Shown here piece after piece: positions 36,471 through 48,000 of a stretch of DNA of 64,000 bases. This DNA comes from Bugula neritina (Eukaryota > Animalia > Bryozoa), in NCBI GenBank assembly GCA_964035545.1, contig OZ037769.1, positions 5,003,929 to 5,067,928 of the forward strand, written 5' to 3'. The position numbers and the translations under genes were made by a program. The notes under the pieces are model-generated. The model was not told the DNA's origin and searched no databases. It saw nothing but the letters and a program-made list of their open reading frames with translations. Numbering within the stretch: the first letter of the stretch is position 1; each line of letters begins with the position of its first letter.

Positions 36471-36954
36471 TATATATATATCCTGCATCTTCTCTATAAT
36501 ATACAACATTGTACACTGTCTCTCAACAGTATTATATCTATCGCTTCTCTTACAACAACATTAGAGAAATACAAGTCAACCCATTCAACTACTAAGATTT
36601 CATGTTGTGACATTCAGTTTGCAATAAGCTGTATTATTCTTCAAACTTACTCTTCTTTTCAAAGGTAATTGTTCATATCTGTGTCTTATATTTCTTTTAT
36701 TATAATGCTCAATAAGATATCCAATAACTAATAAATAATTAATTTACATTACCTAAAGCAGTATAATATACATATTGAAAAGTGTTACAAAGCTTGAATG
36801 AGTCACTGTGTATTATACTAGCTATCAGATGAACGGCTAGGCCTACTTGTAGTGAAGGAGCTTAACAACAAATAAAGTTAAAATCAATATAACGTAACAA
36901 GTGATTATAATATTATATAGACTATCGTACACTATACTCGTACAATAAGTTGCA

Positions 36955-39900
36955 ATGTCAGTGCTACCAGGTAAGCCTAGGGCCACACTGTGCGTATTTT
37001 CGCATGCGAAAATTGAAATCACAAGTAGCAAAGGTGTCCACTGTGCGCGTTGAGAAAACGTTCGCACTTGTCGCTCTGCATTTTCAACGCAAGTGCGAAT
37101 CGTCTCTGTCGTCGTCACCTAATTGGCTGGTAGTTATTAAGCAAGCCCAATTTCTTTATTTTAGTGCTGAATTCCAGTAAATTGCGTTTTATTGAAAGCG
37201 AGTGCGATTTAAAAATGAAAGCTTTATTTATCACGCATCACTGACGCTACAGTGGACGCCTTTGCTACTTGTGGTTTCAATTTTCGCATGCGAAAATACG
37301 CACCGTGTGGCCCTAGGCTAAGACTTCATTTTCTATTTTTATTATTGACTTTCTTTTTCTTTGTATCTCATATATTGGAAGCTATTATTTTCAGTTTATA
37401 ATATGTAGGATATAGTATTATAACAGTAGCATATAGTAGTACGAGATTGCTTTATTTTATCAGCGTATGAATGTTGTGTTCGATGCTAAGTTAGGCTAGG
37501 ATAGTCATGATTCTATGAAAAGTAGGCTGAGGCCAATGTTCAATGAAACGACAAATACTAAACATCTAAAGCAGTCTACACAGCCTCTCTTGAGCTCCAT
37601 GTTAGAAAATGGCCAAGACTAATTTGCAGTAAAACATCTTAATAAAACTTTAGAAAAGAGAGAAAGTTTCAGGCTTGCTTCTCTCTTAAACTTACAAACT
37701 GCAACCATATTATTTTCAATTAAGCCTCCAAAAAGCTACATTTAGGGGCAGTAATAGATAAATTGAGGTAGCCTAAGTTCTTTAATTTTGTTATTAAATT
37801 TGAGTTTTGGCGGGTTGAAATTCTTGCTAGAACATAACTTCTTATGCTGCATTTCTAATCTGGAACACAGGTTTTTCTCAGTTTCTCTGTTACTGCACCT
37901 ACTCCATTTCTATGATCCCAGTGTGACTAGACTTTTTGTGCTGACACCATAATCTAGCATGTTGGCGCTTTGGCTTGTATATCCAGTCAAAGCTTCTAGT
38001 AAAATATATCAGCATCTCTTTTCTGCTGCTTTTTAAAGTTTCAAATGACTGCACAAAGAAGAATATTCATGTAAGGACACGGTGCTGTGAGAGTATTAGC
38101 ACTTCATTCACTAGTTTTCTTTATTATCTAACTTATCATGGTAAAATTTATATTATGTCATGATTCTGTATAACCATGTACTATAAGGTGGTGGCCATGT
38201 ACCCATTTAAGTTACCCACTCCGAATGAGTAAACATGGTGTAAAGCTGCATGTTGGGAACTTCATTCTGGATTCAATTACAAATACTTGGAGCCTGTTGT
38301 AATGATTTGGTTTAAGGGAAGCAGCACAGCTGCGCAATAGGAACTGCTGCTGTCTGTTACACGATTTAATATTGTAGCATCAGAGAGTGCTGTTCACCCC
38401 CCACCACCGCAGTACGGTCAACCACAACCACCACCACAGTATGGGCAACCACAACCGACACCTCAGTATGGGCAACCACAACCGACACCACAGTATGGGC
38501 AACCACAACCGACACCACAGTATGGGCAACCACCACCTCAGTATGGGCAACCACCACCTCAGTATGGACAACCACCACCTCAGTATGGACAACCACAGTA
38601 TGGGCAACCAGGTAGTTAGTTCGCACTTGACTTTCATAACCTATTAGACTTTAAGTACTTATTTGATTTATTATTATTTATTAATTTCATTTATTAAGTA
38701 TAAAATAACCTATAATAACAATTACGATTATTTGATTTTAAAAAAAATTGTAAGATATGAGAATGAGAACTATAGCTAGTCACATGATGTGTATAGCAAT
38801 ACTTCTGAATCCTGCCATAACTTTTTTAAATAACATTTTTAAGCAACACTTTTGTCATAGGGGTCATTTTACTTAATTTAGTACACACTAAAAATCTCCA
38901 GTTCTTTGCTATTTTGTCTAAAACCAATAAAGTATTAATAAATACTCTTAAATAATCAAGGTTCTCTTTAATTTTACTTGATTTCCTATGTTTTTCCTAA
39001 TTATTCAGCTACTTTCGATTGCGGACCGTTATGGTTTTTTCGTAACGGTCTGCAATCCAAATTAGCTAAATAAATAGGAAAAAGCATGGGAAATCAAGCA
39101 CAGTTAAGAAGAACCTTGATTATTTAGATGTATTTATTGATATTTTACTAATTATGGGCAAAAACCATGTTAATTAGCAGCTAAATTGTAAAAACTAGCT
39201 AAAATCTCGAGATTTCCAGTGTTTACTAAATTAAGTAAAATGACCCATAGGCTTCTTGTAATTTTTGTATCATGCCAGAATGCTATGTCATTTAATTGAA
39301 ACCTTGTTCTTCTAATACATTTTGAAAAGACAGTATAGTTTTCCTAAAACACTACTTACTATAAACTCTTAGTTTGTATAGACATCTGTTGATAAAATCC
39401 AGAGCTAGAGTTTTATAAATAGCCTTATATGCTGCAGTAGGGGTCTCTACCACGGTGATGGTAGGAGCACCCAGTCTTGTTCAAGGAGCCGTTCTAAGAG
39501 AGCATCCTACAAGCACCACCTGCCCAACATGCAGTGCCCAGATTGTCACTACCATTTCTAGAAAAGTTGGGACATTTGCTTTCGCTGCCTGCGCTGTTCT
39601 TTGTTTTATTGGGTAATTTCTTTGGTCTCTGTCATTATGAAATTTTAGTTTTAATGGTCTTTTTGTTGGAGAGACTTTTGCAAAAACCTTAGCAATGACT
39701 ACATTTTTAAATTGCAGCAATATCTTTGACATAAAATACATAATAATATGCAAATATATAAATTATCTAGTTTATTTAGTTAATGATCAATACAACCTAT
39801 AGCCAATATGATCCTAAGTGTCAGTTTTCATTGTTAATGTCTTTTTACATGTAATTTATACCATCTTTTCATAAAACAGTCACTATTCTCAATTAAAAAA

Positions 39901-40259
39901 GTTACATTATAAAACACTCACATGGGTTTATAATCACCATCTCTCTAAGAAACTCCTGATAGAAAGAGTTTGTGTTAGGTTGGCTCAAGAAGTTTTCTCT
40001 GTTGGAGTAATAGAGTATAATTATGACCCAATGCCCTTTCTAACACCACCAATGGTCTTTACAGGGATTCCAATTGCATTATTAAGTATAATACTTGTAT
40101 AATATCTTAATATATACTATTATAATATTAAGTTGTATTATTTTTATTTCTAGGTTAGGATTGTGCAGCTGGATTGTGTTTCTAGTCCCAGCGTGTCTGG
40201 ATGTGGAACATCACTGCCCTAACTGCAAAGCTCTAGTTGGAACACACAAAAAACTTTAA
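36955..40259 (+). CDS. LITAF/CDIP1-family zinc-binding membrane protein, ~176 aa. Exons 36955-36970, 38378-38611, 39438-39612, 40154-40259.
   Basis: LITAF domain: CPTC...hydrophobic stretch...DVEHHCPNC. Pro/Gln/Tyr/Gly-repeat N-terminus. Exon 1 (ATGTCAGTGCTACCAG|gtaag) was the phase-1 ATG exon I found compatible with exon 2 and is less certain than exons 2-4. Confidence 0.88.
36975..37318. mobile_element. MITE, 344 bp, PIF/Harbinger (Tourist)-like
   Basis: ~70-bp TIRs (GCCTAGGGCCACAC..., 3 mismatches) and direct TAA at 36972-36974 and 37319-37321. Confidence 0.9.
38861..39246. mobile_element. Fold-back MITE, 386 bp, with a 4-bp TSD (Sola2-like by TSD length and GRG termini)
   Basis: GGGTCATTTTACTTAATTTAGTA.../...TACTAAATTAAGTAAAATGACCC, ATAG on both sides (38857-38860, 39247-39250), arms complementary to a central hairpin. 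The superfamily assignment is tentative. Confidence 0.85.
39923..40070 (-). mobile_element. Degenerate SINE family copy in LITAF intron 3
   Basis: AATTATGACCCAATGCCCTTTCTAACACCACCAATGGTCTTT matches the family body. Confidence 0.65.
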
Positions 40260-43200
40260 CTTTTTATAGGAAAGAATCAAATGTATTACTATAGTATATT
40301 TTTATATTTTTATAGAAGCAATAGTTTTGCTACCCTTATTATTCTATAAAAGAGATAGTATGGCTCAAGTGTTAACAGTGGGTCATATAATATGAATGCA
40401 AAATTTTCTCTATGATGGTTTATATTAATGATTCTAAGGTCAAATAAAAATTCACTAAAATCACACTATTTTATTTCTTGTCTCTTTTGGTAACCTCAAG
40501 CTTTCTTCTAATATTTGCATTTCAAGAAAGTGTTTTCAACTTTAGTGAGCAATAAGTATGAGAATAAATAATGCTAAAAGTGCATATTTTTTATTTTGTT
40601 ATCTTGAAAACTGTTAGTTACCAGCGCGTGGTAATGATCTACTTAAATAGCTTTCTTTTTGTATTTTACATAGTCATTTTTAGCAATTATAGCAATTGTT
40701 ACAAAATGCTAATTTATATATTTCATGCTCCTCAGTAGTATTTTTTATTCTACTTTTATATAATGACTTAATGTTTTATTATATTATAATACTAATAATA
40801 CTAATGTTGATTAATTTGGTGGATTTCAATTTCGATGACTGAGAAACTATGTGGGAGCTGAAGGGTTCTTTGTTCAGAATGTCTATTTTTTCCTAATGGT
40901 TAATGAATAATACCAATAATACTAATAATACTAATGGAAAAGCAGCAAATTTCAGCCTTAAACAGCATTTCTTGTTTCAATTCTTCAAGTTGATTTAATA
41001 TATATTATGAAGCGTACCTCTTTTGTTGTATATGAATATTACAATTTTAAGTATATACACTGTAAGAGAGCAAATATTCCAAGTATTTTTCAGATTATTC
41101 GAGGATCAAATATCATTATACAATATAATATATTATATAATGTATTATGCATATTATGTAATACAATATATTATAAAATATAATAAATTATGTATAATAT
41201 ATAATGTATACTGTATAACTATATATGTATATTATATTAATCTATAAAAAACAATACTTCAAAAGATTGAATATTTATATTTGGGACATTTTAAAACAAG
41301 TATAAATGACAAGTAGCCTAATTATACCAATTGAAGAGGAAATACGGGTAAAAACTACCCCCCCCCCCTTCCCCTGATATAAATAGTAGATTCTCTAAAT
41401 GTGACCAGCTGTTTATGTTTGCTAATAGTGCTGACTCACGGCAATTAGTAAACATACTGAATATAAGTGACTGCATTGGCAGCTACCCATGCAGTGTCAA
41501 GTACCATCAGTTAAATCTGTTACTTGTTTAGGTATAGCAGAGCTTGTAAACAAATGTTTAAAACTTCTTTTCAAAGTATACAACCATTTAAAGTAAGAAT
41601 AAAGCAAACCAATATTTACAGCCTGTAGCTTTCTAAACCCTGCCACAGTTAGGTATATCTAAGATAGTAACTTTTCCTCAACAATAACAATAATTCAGTT
41701 TTTAGGAAATAGTTGGAAGCTTTGTGGGAGGTAAACTTTTACTTAATTGATTTAAAACAAGTTTATGGTAGTTTATTACACAACAAAGTTTAATTAAATT
41801 ATAACAGAGATTATGCAAATAAACACCCGACCTGTTATTTATCAAGTGTCTATTATGCTCAATATTTACATGATAATTGAATATTGAATGCATAGAGTAC
41901 AAAGAAAATCGGAACAACTTCCTCCTAGAGTTTAGACTACACAAACAAAAACTGCCATAATCAAAGATGTATAGTTAGCATTACTTTTAGTCTCTGCTAA
42001 CTTCATGATAAATAAAATTAGTTTCTTAAAAGAACTACTGACAGAGAACCACATCAAGACTCTAACTACAAATATTTTGACTTAAGATAATTCACATACA
42101 TCAGTGTGTAGTTTGAAAACAAACCGGATCATGCTAATTATAACTTCACATACTTTTATTTATTTATTCTGGTAACAACCTGAAACTTTCCAACTTCAAT
42201 AAAAAATGAAAACTTTCATAAAATGAACTATATAAACTAACAAATATAATACAAATTAGTAAATTATGCTTGGCTTGCCTTAATGCAGGTTTAAAACACG
42301 TCATTCAAATTTAGATGTTAAAATTGTTAACTACACTGACTCATTTCTATAATAGAGTATCTGTTATTTATTAACTCATTTCCACTTGATAGTAATGCTG
42401 ATTTTCAGTATGATAAATTGGCTCTATAAAATTAACTTAATTGTTGTAATAAAATATTACTCAGCTACTTTATGTGTGTATTACTGGAACAGCTCCAATT
42501 ATGGTATACTTGATCATGTTCAGCGTATTGATTTCCTTGTCAAACAGTTGTATATGTAAAGTGATTTCCTCCCACAAAACATGTCATGATTCGTATATTT
42601 TTGATTTATTTAAAAACACTACAAATGAAATATGCGTTCCATGCACCATAAGCCACATTAATTATCGAGCAATCATCAAATAGATTTTGTATGATATATA
42701 CAGATGAGTTTTGGCAAACAACTAAGAAGTGAATCAATACAGCTGCCATAAAATCTGATTGACTATAGATGATGCAATTATTATAAAAAACATTTTTAAC
42801 CTCCAAATTAAAAACATTTATCATAATGTCTACACTAATTGTCTTATTTCCTGGCACGCATTAGATGAAATTAATTAGAACATGTCTAACAATGGGTTAA
42901 TACTTTCACTTAAAAAAGTGAAGGCGTAAAATGTACACCTTAATGCCTGGCATTTAAACTATCAAATTTTTTTTAAATATCAATTGAAGAAAACATTATT
43001 GTGAAATTGTAATTCAAGAGCATAATTTGTGCACGAAGTGACAAATAATAAAACAAATTGTATCTTTAATGGTATATATAGTTCCAGCAGACCAATAAGT
43101 CATGAAGTCAAAACTTGACGGTCAAACTGATAATTGAATATAAACAGTGCATGCTGATTACTCCAGTGCTGATTGTACAAAAACGAAGTGGTATTGTTGT

Positions 43201-45078
43201 GCTGTTGTGCAATAAATATAAACATGAATACAAACATACTTGTAAACTTAATCGTAATGTAAAAATAAATCTACATAAATATTGTTGGTCTAATTTATAT
43301 AAGCGCTTTGGTTCAAAAGCCAGTGTTTTTGCAAGTTCTTCTATATTTTTGTTTTCCAAAGGAAATGTGGTTAGGACTATAATAACGTTATGGAATTGGG
43401 TGAACTGCAAAATGAGGGTTTATACTAAAGCTGTCAAGCTTAATACCACTTTTTTTCTAACATTCTTTCACAGTTTATCATATTTTTGTATCACCAGAAA
43501 ACTTAAAGTTTACCCATCATGGCCAGCATAATAATGGTTTGTACGCTATAGAAATATATTATCCATTGTAAAAAGTATTAATGTCTAAATAGATGTCAAC
43601 CATATTTATTTTTATATAATTTCATTATAATATATTATACTTTCTGTGATATAGAAAAGCAAAAGTTATATTGTACACCCCCCAGTATCCCCCAGTACCC
43701 CCCAGTATCCCCTGCTAAACTTAACTCAATAGATTATGGTCAGGAATGGCAACTCCAAGTCATGCCGCATCTCCATGCGGTGCCGTATTAGTGACCATGG
43801 GCGACGCCACCAGCAACTGCAGACGACACCGCCATAATCTTGCGTCGTCCAATCAGGATCGACTTCATGTATATAAGTAGCCCTTTTCGGCGCGCACAGG
43901 CAGTCTCGGACACAGCTAGTAGCTACTAGGTTAACCATATGTAATCGCTTTGACTATTGTTATCTTTTCTCTTTTATATGTTTACTGATTTTATCGTGTG
44001 TAATTGATTCAATACAGTTTTCTCGATTCATGATCGACTTGTTCGATTCCTCACATAACCTCACAGTGGATATGCAGTAATTATCAACACACAATAACAT
44101 CCAAACTAGCAGTGCACAAAACTACAACAATATTACATTCTAATGCTTTTTCCTTCATATATACCATCAACACTATTTTTTCTTATAATGCATGTATGAT
44201 ATTTTTGCATTTTGTATTTTAAGTCTTTTAATATAACCAATGTTTAGGTGCAAAATTATTATTATAGCGTTTCAACTACTTTTCAAACAATAAATTTTCA
44301 ACTAATGACAATATTTTTAAAATGTCTAGAGTTTTATTAAATTTAACAAATTGCATAAATTTTTCTCTCCTCACCAACATGAAACATGTTTACAATATAA
44401 GTTTTTTTATTTAAACTCACTTAATTGTTAGTGTATTATTTCTAAACTTATTCTCATTGACAGATCATTAAAGAGATACATCAACTTAATGGTAATGATT
44501 AAAATGTTTTAATTAACTTATAACTATATGTTTTTATCTAAACTAGCTTAATTGTTAGTAGCTTAATTATCCTAAATCTAAAGTTTGACAATTAAATATC
44601 ATTACTTGCAAATCAAATGACAAAATAAATCAACATAAAATTGTGTTTTTTGTTACGAAATGCTTTACAGTAAAACTAGTGTATATACAATATGTGTATA
44701 TTGTACAGACAGCTATAATGCAAAACTGTAAATAAAGAGTGAATCATTACATTTCGTACCTGGTAGATCTCTGCTATGGTCCACATCTGGTGCAGGATGA
44801 GTCACCAGTGTGTAAACAACACCACAAGTATGAATTGCTGATTTCATCTGTACTGAATCAAGACTTCCCAGAACCTTTGAATTGCTCATATACATTACGG
44901 GAAGTGTATGAAATGACTAACCTTTTCACGGTTGAATAACAACAAACATTAAATATACTATGATTTGTAATATATATGATTATGCTGACAGTGCATGGAT
45001 ATATAAAGAGATGTGAATACTCAAACTATATTATAGATTTCATTTATATTTTGTTGTGGAAAGTTTTATTTTGAAGAA

Positions 45079-48000
45079 ATGTTGTCTGCCAGAAGTGCTG
45101 TGTTGATAGTGCTAGGGGTTAGTAGCCTGGTGAGTATATTGCAATTATTAAATGTATTATATGTATTATATGTATTATATGTATTATATGTATTATATGT
45201 ATTATATGTATTATATGTATTACACACAAGTATAAATATGTGTATTATCGTATTATGCAAGTATAAAGCAAAGGGTGAACTTATGTGTATTTATAATAAA
45301 ATTTAAAAAAGTAAAAACTTTATAGATTCTTTATGGTACTGCTTTTATTACTTACAGGTTTTTAATGATACAGTGCAGCTTTATTTATTAGGATTTATTA
45401 TTATAGAAGTATATACTATAATAATATATGTATATCAAATTACATTACATGCAATATGATTTAACTTACAATGGTAAAGTAATTTAATTTGAGAACTATA
45501 AATTATATTGCAAAATTAAATTATAGGTCAAACAGCAATTAGTAATTTACTAACTGTAATAATACAATGACTTACATTAATTTGCAGATTCAAGTAACAG
45601 GTGGCAGCTGTATGCATGATAAGTATACTATTGTACCTGGACATACGGGATGTATTAACAAATCTCCATACGCTACTCACTTTGGTAAGTCAATTTATTA
45701 TATTTACTGTAATGTTATTTACTATACTTCTCTAAAAATAGATTTTAGACTTTAATGCACAAAAATTTAATTATAACAACTTTTGTGTTATGAATATAAA
45801 TTTTAATGACAATGGTAACTGTAAAATGCTTCAAATTGCGCTTTTTTTACTATAGTAAATTTGCAAATTCCCAAATAGTAAAAGCAGCAAGTTGTTTTCA
45901 CTTTATATAACTGGATTGTAGCTGACATGACAGATGACCTACAAGAAGAGATAGTACAGCAACACAACACTCTCAGGTCTCAACTCAATGCCACAAATAT
46001 GCAGAAAATGGTACGTTAACCGAGAAATACCTAAAGAAATTCTATTAATATAGCTTAAATAATAAAGTATATGAAAACTACATTTTATTGAAGTATATAA
46101 ACAGTATTCAAGTCTATTAATTGCATATATAAATATAAAAAAAATTAACTTTAGAGTTGCTACCTTGGTAAGAATTTCTAAAGAAAAGGTTTTTAGTGTA
46201 AGAAACTATAGGACTTATATATAACTATATAAAGTGTATTTATAAGTATAATATGAACAGCTATATAGCGTGTAAATACCTATATAAGTTGCATATAAGC
46301 ATAAGAAGTGTATATAAGTATATGAAATGTACCTCTACGATATTTATAAAATAGAATTATTGCATAACATATTTGTTCTACTTGATTTAATGATTCAACA
46401 TCTTTTAACACTCTACACTACACTCTATACTACAGAGCTGATGGTGCATGCATAAGAACGTCATATTACATGGTAAGGTTTATAATATATTCTAGGAGTG
46501 GGATGACGAACTAGCAGAGTTATCACAAAAATGGGCAGACAATTGCGAGTTCAAACATGACAGTGGCAAAAGAGCTATTCCAGGAAGGTTCACAGTTGGT
46601 GAGGATTATTTATTCTTAAACTCTGCTATAATATCAACTAAATAAAAATGTTGTACCTTAATTGTCAAAACTCCAAAATAGAAAATACTTTTTAAACAAT
46701 GATTTTAAGGTTACTGAATTACAGTTGTTTAAAAACCAGATTTTAATAACTTCTAATTTAATAAAGGTGAAAATGTGGGCTAAGGGGAAAGGTAAGCTAC
46801 AAAGAAAATGAGTTTATTTTATAGCATGTAATCGATTCTAAATAAAAAAAAATTATATCCCAATTAGAATGTCTGAATTAGAAAATAAAAATGCAAAATT
46901 ACCTTTAATAGATTTAGCCAATCAATATTTGACCTAGTTAATATTGTCTAAATTTTTATCAAGAGCTATAGCAAGAGGGCTCTTCATATTTGTAGGTCAA
47001 AACTTAGCCTTGGGTTACCAAACATGGAAAGACGTGCTGCAAGGGTGGTGGGATGAAATAGAACTGTTTCATTACGGCCACAGAGAACTCATGTCTTTTG
47101 GAGCAGTAGGACATTTTACTCAGATGGCATGGGCGGAGTCAGCTAAAGTGGGGTGTGGCTGGGCTGTGTGTACGAATGACGACATGATGAAGTGGTATGG
47201 AGGAAAATACTTCGTCTGCAACTATGGCGCAGCGTAAGTGCATCATTTGCTGCTGAATCATCGAATTTTATGGCAAAATTATTCTTGAAAAATTTAAAAT
47301 ATACATTGCAGACCTAGGTATATATATTCTTAGCTACTAGTTTGGCAGATATAATTGAATAAGCAATTGTGTGCAACTACATGACAACTAGAAACAAACG
47401 AGTTAATATATTGTTTAAATTATCTTGAAAAAAAAAATCAAAATTTTATTTTTATTTTCAAAAACTGGTAATTAAACTCTCATAAACTTTTAAAGCAGCA
47501 ATTTCTTTGATTTGAAACACTTTAAGTAAAATGATGCTGTGTAACTGTTCAAAAAAAAATTCTGGTTTACCTGAATATTCTTAAATTACCAGTCTAAGCA
47601 AATTAATTAAGTAAAGCAGTAACAAAATTTGATTAAAATCTTTAAAAAAAAAACTCACATATGTGTTCATAAACACAAATTTAGTGAGAAAACCCAATAT
47701 TCTGAGTTTTTTTAACAGTATTCAAGAACTAAAGAACAAGTGTATTCTTGTGAACTAAAGTAGCACAGGAGCAATTATGACTGGATGCCCTTCCTAACAT
47801 CACCAATAGCCTTTATGGGGATTCGAACCCATGACCTCGTGTTTACTAGGCAAACACTCTATCCCCTAGACCACGGCTGCTCCTTAGGTTTTGAGATTAT
47901 ATAAGGATTGAAAATTATTTAAGTATTTCATAGTTTTAAAGCTGTATAGCTATAAACTCTAAACTCTTTTAAAAGTATTGTCTGCTTTAAAGCATTTCCC

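Noticed and set aside
38366-38647. His-rich, Trp-rich and Val-rich ORFs over the LITAF repeat exon
   Set aside because: Alternate frames of the QYGQP repeat; only the Pro/Gln/Tyr frame splices in phase to the LITAF domain.
43108-43531. Overlapping 138-aa and 100-aa ORFs
   Set aside because: Non-ATG starts, AT-driven composition, no recognisable motif or splice context.
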